64,000 nt of DNA from Candidatus Omnitrophota bacterium (GCA_030650275.1 JAUSEK010000015.1:67834-131833), one strand, 5' to 3'; counted from the stretch's first letter, positions 20,840-31,376 are shown. Translations and numbers: made by a program. Notes: a model not told the origin generated them from the letters alone.

Positions 20840-21445
20840 ATGCAAGAACAAAAGCTTAAAGAGTTGTATTGTGAACGCCGCCTGTCCATGATGGAGGTGG
20901 CCGACGAATTAAATGTTACGCACGCAAAAGTTTTTTATTGGCTTAAGAAATTTGATATTGCCCGACGCTCCTGGAGAGATAGTGCTTACATTAAGCAAAA
21001 TCGTCAAGGCGACCCGTTTATTATTCCCGATAGATTTTCTTCCAGAGAGAAAGAACTCTTGGCCGCCGGATTGCTTCTATATTGGGCTGAGGGTAATAAA
21101 GGGAAAGATGCTATTCGGATAGCCAACTTAGACCACCGTATGTTGAAGGTTTTTTTGAATTTCCTGAGAGAAGTTTGCAAGGTTGATGATAAACGATTAT
21201 TTTTATACGTTCGTGTTTATAAAGAATTTTCTTTAGAGGAAGCTCGGAAATATTGGTCCGATTTCTTGAATATTGCTCCCCAAAAGGTCTCCGTATACCC
21301 TCATACAGACACCAGAAGCAAAGGAAATAACCAGCGGTCCCAACATGGCATTGCAACGCTAGAATTTCATAATACGAAGTTTAAGCAATGGTTGGATTCT
21401 TCCACTGAAGATTTGATTCAAAAATTATTGGTCATTCCCGGCTGA
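20840..21445 (+). CDS. HTH + LAGLIDADG-like (homing-endonuclease-like) protein
   Basis: Likely start MQEQKL at 20840, 10 bp after tRNA-Val. The track ORF starts at 20819 inside the tRNA. N-terminal HTH (LSMMEVADELNVTHAKVFYWLKKF). A single LAGLIDADG-like motif, LLAAGLLLYWAEGNKG. About 200 aa, consistent with a single-motif dimeric type. Confidence 0.45.
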   Translation: MQEQKLKELYCERRLSMMEVADELNVTHAKVFYWLKKFDIARRSWRDSAYIKQNRQGDPFIIPDRFSSREKELLAAGLLLYWAEGNKGKDAIRIANLDHRMLKVFLNFLREVCKVDDKRLFLYVRVYKEFSLEEARKYWSDFLNIAPQKVSVYPHTDTRSKGNNQRSQHGIATLEFHNTKFKQWLDSSTEDLIQKLLVIPG

Positions 21446-21451
21446 GGAGCC

Positions 21452-22861
21452 TTGTCGGGTCCATTTATTTTTATGAGAAATATTTTTCACTCTTTTGCCT
21501 TTCGCACCACGGCCGCCATCGTCCTGTCGATGACGGCCCTTGTTTTTTTAAGCGGCATCCTCATTTATCAGTTCACGTTCCGGTCCCAGTTTGAAGGCAT
21601 CCGCGAGCGGCTCAAGGTCATTGCCCAGACCGCGGCTTTGATCGTGGACGCCAACGAGGTCCGCAACATCCCCCTCAACATGGAGGGGGTCAAGACCCCG
21701 GAATACCAGCACATCATCGACCAGTTAAGTCGCATCAAGGCCGCCAACGAACAGGTCAAATTTGTTTATATCCTGACAAAAACCGACGCGTCCGATATCT
21801 GGCATTTTGTGGCGGACCCGGATTTTGGCCGGCATGAGCGCTCCTCCAGCCCCGGCGAACCGTATAACGCCGGACGTTTTCCGGAATTGCTGAGCGGCCT
21901 TGACAGGCCTTCCGCCGACAAGAAGCTGGAGGTCGACGAGTGGGGCAAGACCCTTTCCGGTTACGCGCCCATCCGTGACGCCCTGGGCCGGCCCATCGCT
22001 GTTTTGGGCGTGGACATTGAGGCCAGCGACATTTATGCCATGGAAAAAGAGGTCATGGTCAGGGTGCTGATCACCCTGGCCGCGGGCATTATTTTTGCCC
22101 TGGCGCTGGGGTTTTTGATCTCTTCGCGCGTCGTGGCCCCCATCCGCCAGCTCATTGCCGGCACCCGCACGATCGCCGAGGGCAATTTGCATCATCAGGT
22201 GCGGATCACGCGCGGGGATGAGATCGGCGAATTAGCGGACTCTTTTAATGCCATGGCCAAAAGCCTGGATGTTTCCCGCAAGAAGCTGGTCAGTTATTTT
22301 TTTGACACCGTCAAGTCCTTGGTCACCGTCCTGGAAGTGCGCGACCAGTACACGCTGGGACATTCCGAATCCGTGGCGTATTTTTCCCAAAAGATCGCTT
22401 CAAAAATGGGCATAGACCCCCAGATCATGGAAGTGTTCAGCAACATTACGCTTCTGCATGATATCGGCAAGGTCGGGGTGCGCGACAGCGTTTTGAACAA
22501 GCCCGGGAAGCTCGATGAGGAAGAGTGGAAGGCCATTAAACTGCACCCGGTGCTGGGCGAGCAGATCCTTAAGCCCATTCTGCAGGACAAGACCATGCTG
22601 GCCGTCATCCGCAATCATCACGAACGTTTTGATGGCCAGGGTTATCCCGACGGCTTGGCGGGCGAGCAGATCCCGCTTTTGGTCGCCATCGTCACCGTTG
22701 CCGATAGTTACGATGCCATGACGTCCACCCGCTCTTACCGCAAGGCCCTGCCCCGCGAAGCGGCCGTTGAGCAATTGGTCAAGAACCGCGGCACACAGTT
22801 CCGCCCCGATGTGGTGGACGCTTTCCTGAAAGTTCTGGCCGAAGAGCCCGAGGTCCTTTGA
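21452..22861 (+). CDS. Membrane sensor HAMP/HD-GYP domain protein (c-di-GMP phosphodiesterase family)
   Basis: 469 aa. N-terminal TM, a periplasmic domain of about 170 aa, second TM, HAMP (PIRQLIAGTRTIAEGNLHHQVRI...FNAMAKSL). HD-GYP motifs (HSESVA...LLHDIGKVGV...HHERFDGQGYPDGL). Confidence 0.8.
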   Translation: MSGPFIFMRNIFHSFAFRTTAAIVLSMTALVFLSGILIYQFTFRSQFEGIRERLKVIAQTAALIVDANEVRNIPLNMEGVKTPEYQHIIDQLSRIKAANEQVKFVYILTKTDASDIWHFVADPDFGRHERSSSPGEPYNAGRFPELLSGLDRPSADKKLEVDEWGKTLSGYAPIRDALGRPIAVLGVDIEASDIYAMEKEVMVRVLITLAAGIIFALALGFLISSRVVAPIRQLIAGTRTIAEGNLHHQVRITRGDEIGELADSFNAMAKSLDVSRKKLVSYFFDTVKSLVTVLEVRDQYTLGHSESVAYFSQKIASKMGIDPQIMEVFSNITLLHDIGKVGVRDSVLNKPGKLDEEEWKAIKLHPVLGEQILKPILQDKTMLAVIRNHHERFDGQGYPDGLAGEQIPLLVAIVTVADSYDAMTSTRSYRKALPREAAVEQLVKNRGTQFRPDVVDAFLKVLAEEPEVL

Positions 22862-22862
22862 C

Positions 22863-23687
22863 ATGTTCGCCATTGCCCTGATCATTTTCCGGGAAGTTTT
22901 AGAAATTGCGCTGATCCTCGGCATCCTGATGGCCGCCACCCGTGGGCTTGCCAAGCGCACCCAATGGGTATGGGTGGGGTTTTTCGGCGGGGTCGGAGGG
23001 TCGGCGCTCGTCGCATTTTTTGCCGACCGCATCTCTCAGGCCTTCCAGGGCATGGGGCAGGAAGTGATGAACGCCGCCATTCTTCTGACAGCGGCCGCCT
23101 TGATCGGCTGGACAGTCATCTGGATGGCCCGTCACGCCCACGAGTTGACCAGGGAGTTCAAGGAGATCGGACAGGCGGTCACCAAAAAGGAAAAGCCCAT
23201 CTATACGCTGGCCGTGGTCGTCGGGCTCTCCGTTTTAAGGGAGGGTTCAGAGATCGTCATGTTCATCTACAGCGCTTTGGTCACGGGCGGCAAGGTGTTC
23301 GATCTTGGCGTCGGATTTTTCATCGGGGGCTGTGCCGGCGCGATCCTCGGCCTCATCATTTATTATGGGCTCATGAAAGTTCCGACGAGGCAGATCTTCG
23401 GGGTGACCAGCTGGATGCTGATCCTGCTGACGGCGGGCATGGTGTCCCACGCTTTTGGTTATCTGACGGCGGCGGGCAAGGTGCCTGAGATCATTCCGGT
23501 CATCTGGGACACCACACGGATCATGTCCCAGGAGAGCATGGCAGGACGGGTGTTGGGCGTGCTGACGGGCTATACCGCGCGCCCGTCGGGGATGCAAATT
23601 TTGATGTACGGCCTGACCCTGTTGACGTTGGGGACTTTTTTAAATATCTGCGGCCGCCATCGCTCGCCTCAACCCCTCGTTCGGTGA
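22863..23687 (+). CDS. FTR1/EfeU-family high-affinity iron permease
   Basis: 274 aa, polytopic. Two REXXE motifs (FREVLEIALI and LREGSEIVMF) diagnostic of the FTR1 family. Confidence 0.7.
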   Translation: MFAIALIIFREVLEIALILGILMAATRGLAKRTQWVWVGFFGGVGGSALVAFFADRISQAFQGMGQEVMNAAILLTAAALIGWTVIWMARHAHELTREFKEIGQAVTKKEKPIYTLAVVVGLSVLREGSEIVMFIYSALVTGGKVFDLGVGFFIGGCAGAILGLIIYYGLMKVPTRQIFGVTSWMLILLTAGMVSHAFGYLTAAGKVPEIIPVIWDTTRIMSQESMAGRVLGVLTGYTARPSGMQILMYGLTLLTLGTFLNICGRHRSPQPLVR

Positions 23688-24343
23688 TTGATATATTCCC
23701 AGATTGCGGGGATCATGGAGATCACGACGATGCCCAGGACGACCCAAGAAAAGTTTTTCGCGACAAAGGCAAGGCCCCCGAACAGATAGCCGGCGCCCAA
23801 TCCGACGCTGACCCATAGGATGCCGCCCGTGATGTTGTAAAGGGCAAAGCGGCGGTAGGGCATGGCCCCGACGCCGGCCAAAAACGGGGCAAAGGTGCGG
23901 ATGATGGGCAAAAAACGCGCCAGGATGATCGTTTTATTGCCGTATTTCGCGTAGAATTTCTTGGTTTTTTCCAGATGTTCCGTTTTAAGGAAACGGACGT
24001 GGCGATCACTGAATATTTTTGTGGCGCACCAGGCGCCGATATAATAGTTGACGGCATCGCCCAAAACCGCGGCAACAGCCAACAGCACCCAGAGAATGTC
24101 CATGCGTAGAACGCCCTTGGCGGCCAGGGCCCCCAGCACGAACAACAGGGAATCGCCCGGCAATAACGGCAGGACCACCAGCCCTGTTTCGCAAAAGATG
24201 ATCAAAAAAAGCAGGGCGTAGGTCCAGATCCCCCAAGCAGCGGCGATGGCACCGATGTAGGCGTCCAGATGGATGAAAAAATCCAGGCATTGTTTGATGA
24301 TGTCCACAAATTCTCCTATAATGACCAAGAGAATCATAACCAA
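23669..24343 (-). CDS. DedA/SNARE-associated family membrane protein
   Basis: 224 aa. DedA signature (LVVLPLLPGDSLLFVLGALAA, NKTIILARFLPIIRTFAPFLAG). Confidence 0.75.
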   Translation of the reverse strand: MVMILLVIIGEFVDIIKQCLDFFIHLDAYIGAIAAAWGIWTYALLFLIIFCETGLVVLPLLPGDSLLFVLGALAAKGVLRMDILWVLLAVAAVLGDAVNYYIGAWCATKIFSDRHVRFLKTEHLEKTKKFYAKYGNKTIILARFLPIIRTFAPFLAGVGAMPYRRFALYNITGGILWVSVGLGAGYLFGGLAFVAKNFSWVVLGIVVISMIPAIWEYINHRTRG

Positions 24344-24360
24344 AGCCAGGGGCCTGTGCC

Positions 24361-25020
24361 ATGAAAAAATTTAAATACATTGTCATCATTCTTATTGTGG
24401 TCACGGCGGGCGCCTGGCTGGCCCAGCATTTTTACGAGCAGAAGGTCCTGCGGGAGATCATTGCCCGCCTTGAGGCGGATTCGCGCGCGGCCGAAGTCCT
24501 GGTGGTCGGGGTCAACTATAACGAGGAGCTGAAAAAGAATTTTACGACGATCAAGTTTTTAGAATACGACACCCGCGGCCGTCCGCTCGCGTCCAAATAT
24601 TTCACCTTCCCCGGCAATGTCATCCAATTCCAGTCGCTGGTGGTGCGTTTTGATGACCGTTTCGTGGCCGCGGGCAACGCCCTAAAAGGAAAAAGCGTGT
24701 ATCTTTTCTGGAAGGCCTTCATGCTCGACGGCGAAAAGACCAAAGAATACCCGATCACGTATTTGAATGAGGTCCCCGGCGGATATAAAATTACGGACAA
24801 GAGCGATGCGGCCGAACAAGGGTTTTGGCGGCGTTTTTGGGATTACGCGTTTGACAAAGAAGCCGCGGACAAGGCGGGCATCAAGAACGTGCAGATCGAG
24901 GCGCCGGGGGCTGTTTTTATCCCGGGATATTTTTATACCATCAGGATCGAACACGACGGCGGCCTGCGCATTGACACAAAACCCCTGCCGGACATTGTCA
25001 GGGGAGAGCGCGTGCTTTAG
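24361..25020 (+). CDS. Hypothetical membrane-anchored/secreted protein
   Basis: 219 aa. N-terminal signal anchor (IVIILIVVTAGAWLA). No recognisable domain. Confidence 0.4.
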   Translation: MKKFKYIVIILIVVTAGAWLAQHFYEQKVLREIIARLEADSRAAEVLVVGVNYNEELKKNFTTIKFLEYDTRGRPLASKYFTFPGNVIQFQSLVVRFDDRFVAAGNALKGKSVYLFWKAFMLDGEKTKEYPITYLNEVPGGYKITDKSDAAEQGFWRRFWDYAFDKEAADKAGIKNVQIEAPGAVFIPGYFYTIRIEHDGGLRIDTKPLPDIVRGERVL

Positions 25021-26647
25021 CCCGCAGCGCTTCATTGATCATCCGCAGGGCCTGCTGGACGCTTTGGTCCTCGGGGTCGGAGCGCGCCACGACTTCAAGA
25101 TATTTTTTTGCCTCTTCCCAATTCCCCAATTGAAAATACAATTGTGCCAGCGACCGGTAGGAAAAGATAAATCTTGGATCCAGGGCAATGGCCTTTTTGA
25201 AATTTTCAAGGGCCAGCGCCGTGCGCCCGGTGTCGCGGTACGTTCCGGCGATATTGTGATAGGCCACGGGATTTTCCGGGTTCAGGGCAATGGCTTTGAG
25301 GTAGATCGTCTCGGCCTTGTCATGAATGCCTTTGTTGGCGTATTCCATCCCCAGATTATTAATGACACGGTAGCTGTCCGGCGCCGTCTTGACCAGTTTT
25401 TCATAAAATATGATGGACGTGCGCCAGTCCAGGTTACGGCGTACATTAATGCCGATAAAAATGATGAGCACAAGGACTAGGACCTTCAGGAGGGTCGGCC
25501 CCAAATTTTTCCGGCGCCCCCATTCCATGGCCGCGTCCACGACGATCAACACCACGCCGATCATGGGCAGGTATAAAAAATGTTCATACAAGACGGCGTT
25601 GATGGGCACAAGCACGTTGGATGCGGGGGCGATGGCGATGAAAAACCAACCGATGCCGTAACTGACCAGGGGCTTTTTTTGCCAGCATCGTAACCCCGCC
25701 CAAAGCATTCCAGCAACCAAAGCTCCGCCGAAAAGAACGTCGGGCTCGAAGAAGGACTGGGCCCAGGGCAGCTGGCGTTCCACGCGCAGGTCGTGGGGGA
25801 AAAATAAAAATCCGGCGTATTGGCTCATGGCTTTAAAGAAGGTCAACAGCCGCAAGCCCATGTCCGTCGTGAACGCGTTGTCCGCGTTGTAAAAGTTAAA
25901 ACTGTTTGAGAAGTTCAGGACCGTGGCGCGCAAGATGACGTAGACAACAGCGAGGACTAAAAAAGGCCAGCACGTCGTCAAGGTCCGCGACAAGCGTTTG
26001 AAAAAAGAGCCGCTGTTTAAAAGCAGGAAGTCGGTGAAAGGAATAAGCGCGGCCAGGACAAAACCGGTTTCCTTGGACATGATGCCCAGAGGGAGCATCA
26101 GGAGGCCCAGGTAATAGGGGGGGCTTAAAAACGCGCTGACCTTTGACTGGCGGAACCGGACGTAAAGGATGAGGCCGCTGAAAATGAAGACCGAAGCCAG
26201 GGAATCGCCCAGACTGTTGACGTAGACAACGGCTTCGTTATGGACCGGATGGGCGACAAAAAGCACGGCCGTGATCAGTGAAAGCGCCCGGCGGCCGAAA
26301 AGCCGGTTTAACAAAAAATACAGCGTGATGCCAGCGCCAATATGCGCCCCGACACTGATGGCGTGCCATCCGTACACCCAATTCTGCCACCAATGCCATT
26401 CGGCCGCAAAGACGGTCAATAACAGCGGACGCCAGTAATTGCTGACCAGATAAGAGCCGGCCACCAGGTTTTGGGTGAAGAATTCAGGGAAATGGCGCCA
26501 CTCCTTGATGAACCTGTTCTTGAGGATGAAATCGTCGTCATCCCAGAACATGGCATTGGGCAGGCAGTTGATGTAGGCGCACGCGCCGACGATGACCAGA
26601 AGGGTCACGGCAAGGAGGGTGAACGTGCGGGGGTTGTTGATCTTCAT
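24998..26647 (-). CDS. Polytopic membrane protein with C-terminal TPR repeats
   Basis: 549 aa. About 11 TM helices then TPR repeats (AIALNPENPVAYHNIAGTYRDTGRTALALENFKKAIALDP...). The architecture is like PMT/TMTC-type TPR glycosyltransferase-like proteins. Confidence 0.5.
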   Translation of the reverse strand: MKINNPRTFTLLAVTLLVIVGACAYINCLPNAMFWDDDDFILKNRFIKEWRHFPEFFTQNLVAGSYLVSNYWRPLLLTVFAAEWHWWQNWVYGWHAISVGAHIGAGITLYFLLNRLFGRRALSLITAVLFVAHPVHNEAVVYVNSLGDSLASVFIFSGLILYVRFRQSKVSAFLSPPYYLGLLMLPLGIMSKETGFVLAALIPFTDFLLLNSGSFFKRLSRTLTTCWPFLVLAVVYVILRATVLNFSNSFNFYNADNAFTTDMGLRLLTFFKAMSQYAGFLFFPHDLRVERQLPWAQSFFEPDVLFGGALVAGMLWAGLRCWQKKPLVSYGIGWFFIAIAPASNVLVPINAVLYEHFLYLPMIGVVLIVVDAAMEWGRRKNLGPTLLKVLVLVLIIFIGINVRRNLDWRTSIIFYEKLVKTAPDSYRVINNLGMEYANKGIHDKAETIYLKAIALNPENPVAYHNIAGTYRDTGRTALALENFKKAIALDPRFIFSYRSLAQLYFQLGNWEEAKKYLEVVARSDPEDQSVQQALRMINEALRAKARALP

Positions 26648-26722
26648 CGGTCATTTATTTTACTGCAAAACGGTAATTTTTATACCGTAAAATGGGCAAA
26701 TCGTGATATATTTAAAAATCTC

Positions 26723-26815
26723 ATGAAGATCCACGAATATCAAGCCAGAGATTTATTCGCTGAATACGGCATTCCCAATATTCCCTGTTCCTTCGATGGC
26801 GGAGGGGTTGTATGA
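26723..26815 (+). CDS. 30-codon upstream ORF duplicating the SucC N-terminus ([30 protein letters not shown])
   Basis: Manual translation. The first 18 aa are near-identical to the SucC N-terminus ([18 protein letters not shown]) with different codons. Its TGA overlaps the sucC ATG (ATGA). Confidence 0.45.
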   Translation: MKIHEYQARDLFAEYGIPNIPCSFDGGGVV

Positions 26816-27942
26816 AAATTCATGAATACCAAGCAAGAAGCTTATTTACCGAGTATGGTATTCCGACTGCGACTGGGGACGTTGCCGCCACATCGCAGGA
26901 GGCCGTGGCCATTGCCCGCAAGACCGGGTTTCCCGTCGTGGTCAAGGCCCAGGTCTTGGTCGGCGGCCGGGGCAAGGCCGGCGGGGTGAAGGTCGTTGCC
27001 GATGAAGCGTCCCTGATCTTAGAATTCAACCGCATTAAAAATTTGACCATCAAGGGCTATAGCGTTGACCGTCTGCTGGTGGCCAAAGCCATTGACATCA
27101 AAAAAGAGTATTATGTCGCGGTGACCATTGACAATGTCAGGGGTGACGCGGTCATCATTGCCTCGGCTGACGGCGGGGTGGACATTGAAGAGACCGCCAG
27201 GACCAGTCCTGAGAAAATATTGAAGTTTTATACGCAGGGGCAAAAGACCCTGGATGAATCCCGCTGGGCCCTGGTCGCGGCGCAATTGTTTTCCGACGTC
27301 CGCCTGCAGCAAAGCGCCACGGTGATCATTGCCCGGCTCCTGAAACTTTTTTTTGAAAAGGACTGCTCGCTGGCGGAGATCAACCCGTTTGTCATCAACA
27401 GAGAGGGCAATTGGATGGCCGCGGACGCCAAGATCATCATTGACGACAACGCGCTTTTCCGTCAGGAAAAGATCCGCGGCCTGCGCGATCTCCAATACGA
27501 CGACGCGGACGAGATGGAGGCCAAGGAAAAGGGCTTGAGCTTCGTCAAACTGGAAGGCAATGTGGGGTGCATCGTCAACGGCGCGGGCCTGGCCATGGGC
27601 ACCATGGATGCCATCAAACTTTTGGGCGGACAGCCGGCCAATTTTCTGGACGTCGGCGGCAGTTCCAATCCCGAAAAGGTCTTGAGCGCGTTCAAGATCA
27701 TTTTGCGCAACAAAGACGTCAAGGTCGTCCTGATGAATATTTTCGGCGGCATCACCCGCTGCGACGACATCGCCAACGGCATTTTGGCCGCGCGCAAGCA
27801 GATCAAAATTCCCGTGCCTTTGGTCGTGCGCCTGACCGGCACCAATGAGCGCGAGGCCAGGGAGATATTGAGCAAGTCAGGGCTGAACCCGTTCACGTCC
27901 ATGCGTCAGGCGGTCATGGAAGCGGTAAAATTAGCAAAGTAG
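26812..27942 (+). CDS. sucC: Succinyl-CoA synthetase beta subunit
   Basis: 376 aa. ATP-grasp. Canonical MKIHEYQA start. CoA-ligase C-terminal ([18 protein letters not shown]). Confidence 0.9.
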   Translation: MKIHEYQARSLFTEYGIPTATGDVAATSQEAVAIARKTGFPVVVKAQVLVGGRGKAGGVKVVADEASLILEFNRIKNLTIKGYSVDRLLVAKAIDIKKEYYVAVTIDNVRGDAVIIASADGGVDIEETARTSPEKILKFYTQGQKTLDESRWALVAAQLFSDVRLQQSATVIIARLLKLFFEKDCSLAEINPFVINREGNWMAADAKIIIDDNALFRQEKIRGLRDLQYDDADEMEAKEKGLSFVKLEGNVGCIVNGAGLAMGTMDAIKLLGGQPANFLDVGGSSNPEKVLSAFKIILRNKDVKVVLMNIFGGITRCDDIANGILAARKQIKIPVPLVVRLTGTNEREAREILSKSGLNPFTSMRQAVMEAVKLAK

Positions 27943-28000
27943 GGGCGATCCTTGTGATCGCCCTAAAAGGGCGAATACAAGATTCGCCCGTACAAATAAT

Positions 28001-28870
28001 ATGTCCATTTTAATCGATCAAAACACGCGTGTCATTGTCCAAGGCATCACCGGCCGTGACGGCTCTTTTCACGCCAAACAAATGCTGGAATACGGGACCA
28101 AGGTCGTCGGCGGCGTGACCCCGGGCAAAGGCGGCCAGGACGTGCAGGGCATTCCGGTCTTTAATTCCGTCAAAGAGGCCAAGGACAAGACCGGCTGTGA
28201 TGCCGCGGTCATTTATGTGCCGGCCAAATTTGCCAAAGACGCCATGCTTGAGGACATTGCCGCGGGCATTGATCTGATCGTCTGCATCACCGAAGGGATC
28301 CCGGTCTTAGACATGGTGGAGGTCAAAAAGGCCTTAGTCGGCAGTCATTCGCGGCTGATCGGCCCCAACTGCCCGGGGCTTATCTCGCCGGGAAAATGCA
28401 AGATCGGCATTATGCCCGGACACATCCACAAGCCGGGTAATGTCGGGGTCGTGTCGCGCAGCGGCACGCTGACCTATGAGGTTGTTTTCAACCTTTCCGC
28501 CAATGACATGGGCCAGAGCACCTGCGTTGGCCTGGGGGGAGACCCCATCATCGGCACGCGTTTCGTAGAGGCGCTCAAGATGTTCCAGGAAGACCCGGAC
28601 ACCGGCGCCATCGTCATGGTCGGCGAGATCGGCGGCGACGACGAACAAACGGCCGCGCAGTTCATCAAAGACCATGTTACTAAACCGGTGGTGGCCTTTA
28701 TCGTCGGGCGCACCGCGCCCGCGGGCAAGCGCATGGGCCATGCCGGCGCCATCATTTCCTCGGGCGACAGCACGGCCGAGGCCAAGATGCAGATGCTCAA
28801 AGACGCCGGCGTCACCGTCATTGATTTCCCCGACGAAATTCCCCAAGCCCTCCTGGCGAAGATCAAATAA
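28001..28870 (+). CDS. sucD: Succinyl-CoA synthetase alpha subunit
   Basis: 289 aa. [18 protein letters not shown]. Active His region ([10 protein letters not shown]). Confidence 0.9.
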   Translation: MSILIDQNTRVIVQGITGRDGSFHAKQMLEYGTKVVGGVTPGKGGQDVQGIPVFNSVKEAKDKTGCDAAVIYVPAKFAKDAMLEDIAAGIDLIVCITEGIPVLDMVEVKKALVGSHSRLIGPNCPGLISPGKCKIGIMPGHIHKPGNVGVVSRSGTLTYEVVFNLSANDMGQSTCVGLGGDPIIGTRFVEALKMFQEDPDTGAIVMVGEIGGDDEQTAAQFIKDHVTKPVVAFIVGRTAPAGKRMGHAGAIISSGDSTAEAKMQMLKDAGVTVIDFPDEIPQALLAKIK

Positions 28871-28921
28871 CCCACTGATATTTTGCTTGATTTTTGATGA
28901 TGGTAACACTATAATTCAAGT

Positions 28922-30205
28922 ATGAAATATCGCCACAGGATCATTGAATCCAAGCTTAAAAAATTAAAAGAACATTTCCCTGTGATCGTTGTTACCGGCG
29001 CCCGCCAGGTTGGCAAGAGCACTCTTCTGGCTTACCTTTTCGGGAAAAATGCCCGGCATATCGTTTTTGATCCGGTGACCGATGACCTTGGCGCGCGCCG
29101 GGATCCGGAATTTTTCCTTCAGCAAAACAAAACCCCGCTGATCCTCGATGAGATCCAATATTCGCCGGAATTGCTGCCCATTATCAAAAAGAAGATCGAT
29201 CAAGATCGCACGCCGGGGCAGTTTTTCTTGACCGGATCGCAAAATCTCTCTGTGATTAAGTCCATCAGCGAGAGCATGGCCGGCCGCGTGGCCATTGTTG
29301 ATATGGATGCCATGAGCGTCCCGGAACGCCTTGGGAAATTCAGTCCCGCATTGTGTTTTTGGTTTGAGGAAATACTGCGCGCGGGCAAGGGGGCGGTTTC
29401 ATTGGATCAATTGAGACGTTCCGGCGCCGTGCAAGCGCGTGGGAATCTTTTTAAAATGCTTTGGAGAGGCGGTTATCCGGGGACTTTAGACCTGCCGGAT
29501 GATCTATTGGCGGATTATTTTCAGTCATATATCCGCACCTATGTGGAGCGGGACATCCGCGTTATCGCGGAGGTCTCCGATCAGCAAACATTCAGCCGAT
29601 TCTTTGGCCTTGCTGCCGCGTTGACAGCGCAGGAAGTCAATTATAGCCATCTGGGCAGGGAGTTGGGGATCACCCCGCAAACCGCTTCGCGGTGGCTGAA
29701 CATCTTAAAAGCGACTTATCAATGGTTCGAACTTCCGCCTTATCACGGAAATTTGGTTAAGCGTTTGAGCAATAAAGGCAAAGGCTACCTCACCGACACG
29801 GGATTAGCTTGTTATCTCACCCGTGTTTCATCCCCGGAGGCGCTCGCTACACAGCCATTCTTGGGGGCTATATTTGAGACACACGTTGTCTTAGAGATCA
29901 AGAGGATGTTTTCCGCTGTTGTTTCGCCGGTCAATTTTTTTCATTGGCGCGCGCACAGCGGCGCTGAAGTGGATTTAGTGATAGAGCGGGATGGGATTCT
30001 CTGGCCGGTTGAGATCAAATGTAAAGCAAAGATCACTTCCGCAGACATCCGCGGTCTTACGGCTTTTCGTGAAGCCTACCCAAAACAATGCGGCATTGGT
30101 GTCCTGGTTGCTTCCGTTGAAGAGCCGTATTTTTATTCTAAGGATGTTCTTGTCCTTCCGTATTCACTTTGTGGGAACGCGGAAAAGGGGACGATCAGGG
30201 CATGA
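28922..30205 (+). CDS. AAA family ATPase with DUF4143-like C-terminus
   Basis: 427 aa. Walker A VTGARQVGKSTLL. Walker B LILDEIQ. C-terminal region typical of the AAA_14/DUF4143 family. Confidence 0.6.
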   Translation: MKYRHRIIESKLKKLKEHFPVIVVTGARQVGKSTLLAYLFGKNARHIVFDPVTDDLGARRDPEFFLQQNKTPLILDEIQYSPELLPIIKKKIDQDRTPGQFFLTGSQNLSVIKSISESMAGRVAIVDMDAMSVPERLGKFSPALCFWFEEILRAGKGAVSLDQLRRSGAVQARGNLFKMLWRGGYPGTLDLPDDLLADYFQSYIRTYVERDIRVIAEVSDQQTFSRFFGLAAALTAQEVNYSHLGRELGITPQTASRWLNILKATYQWFELPPYHGNLVKRLSNKGKGYLTDTGLACYLTRVSSPEALATQPFLGAIFETHVVLEIKRMFSAVVSPVNFFHWRAHSGAEVDLVIERDGILWPVEIKCKAKITSADIRGLTAFREAYPKQCGIGVLVASVEEPYFYSKDVLVLPYSLCGNAEKGTIRA

Positions 30206-31299
30206 AAAAACTTAAAAATATTTTTATTTCCGCCATCCATCAGAACGCGGGCAAGACCACCCTGGCGCTGGGGCTGTATAAAAATTTTCAGGAACGCAAG
30301 ATCCGCACCGCGTTCATGAAGCCCGTCGGCCAGGAAACCGTTTCCATCGGCGGCGCGCCGGTGGACAAGGATTCCTACCTCATCGGCGAGGTCTATCACT
30401 GCGCCAAACGCATCAATGACATGAGCCCCATCACCGTGGGCCGCGGCTACACCGAGAAATACATCCTCAATCCCCAAAAGGAAGTCCTCCAGGAAAAGAT
30501 CTTAAAGTCGTTCCACACTCTGACCAAAGGCAAAGACGCCATCATCGTTGAGGGCACCGGCCACGCGGGCGTGGGGGCGGTCATTGACTGTTCCAACGCG
30601 GACGTGGCCGCGCTTTTGGGTTCCAACGTCATCATCGTGTCCCAGGGCGGCATCGGCCGCAGCATTGACGAGATCATGCTCAACAAGGCCCTCTTTGACC
30701 TGCGCGGGGTCCCGGTTTTGGGCGTTATCGTCAACAAGGTCATCCCGGAAAAACTGGAAAAGATCAAGAACATCGTCGGCAGGGGGCTGGCCAATAAGGG
30801 CATACGGCTTTTGGGCGTTATTCCGGAAACGGAACTGTTGAGCGCGCCCACGGTTGAGCAGATCAAGGAGCGTCTGGACCTGAAAGTGTTTTCCGGCGTG
30901 GAAAATTTGCAGGCCCGCGTTTATGACGTCATTGTCGCGGCCATGGAGCCCCATAATATGATGGGCCATTTGCGCGAGGGGGCCCTGGTCATCACCTCCG
31001 GCGACCGCGTGGACAATATTTTGGTGGCGGTCAGTTCCTACCTTTTACAGGAAGGCCGCAATATTAAGGTCGCGGGGCTTATCCTGACCGGAGGGCTTAT
31101 CCCGGATGACAAGATCGCGGGCCTCCTTAAGGACAGCCATATCCCCGTGCTTTGCTGTGAAGCCGACACCTACACCATTGCCGCGGCCATTGAAAACCTC
31201 ACCTGCAAGATCCAGAAGACCGACAAAGACAAGATCCATGAAGCCCACCGCTTGATCAAAGGCCATGTCAATGTGGACATGATCCTCGAGAACCTGTAA
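30202..31299 (+). CDS. AAA/DRTGG domain protein (phosphotransacetylase N-terminal-like)
   Basis: Likely start MKKLKNIFIS at 30202. P-loop HQNAGKTT. DRTGG-like LVITSGDRVDNILVA. CobQ/Pta-N-like family. Confidence 0.5.
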   Translation: MKKLKNIFISAIHQNAGKTTLALGLYKNFQERKIRTAFMKPVGQETVSIGGAPVDKDSYLIGEVYHCAKRINDMSPITVGRGYTEKYILNPQKEVLQEKILKSFHTLTKGKDAIIVEGTGHAGVGAVIDCSNADVAALLGSNVIIVSQGGIGRSIDEIMLNKALFDLRGVPVLGVIVNKVIPEKLEKIKNIVGRGLANKGIRLLGVIPETELLSAPTVEQIKERLDLKVFSGVENLQARVYDVIVAAMEPHNMMGHLREGALVITSGDRVDNILVAVSSYLLQEGRNIKVAGLILTGGLIPDDKIAGLLKDSHIPVLCCEADTYTIAAAIENLTCKIQKTDKDKIHEAHRLIKGHVNVDMILENL

Positions 31300-31376
31300 A
31301 CCCTGCCCCGCCATAGGCGGGGCCTCTTTATGAGTAAATTCTTGACTATTCGTTCGTTATTATTTAAATTAATCAA

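Noticed and set aside
27019-27902. Minus-strand ORFs inside sucC (27019-27495, 27462-27902) and the plus-strand ORF 27567-27848
   Set aside because: Shadow frames within a well-supported sucC.
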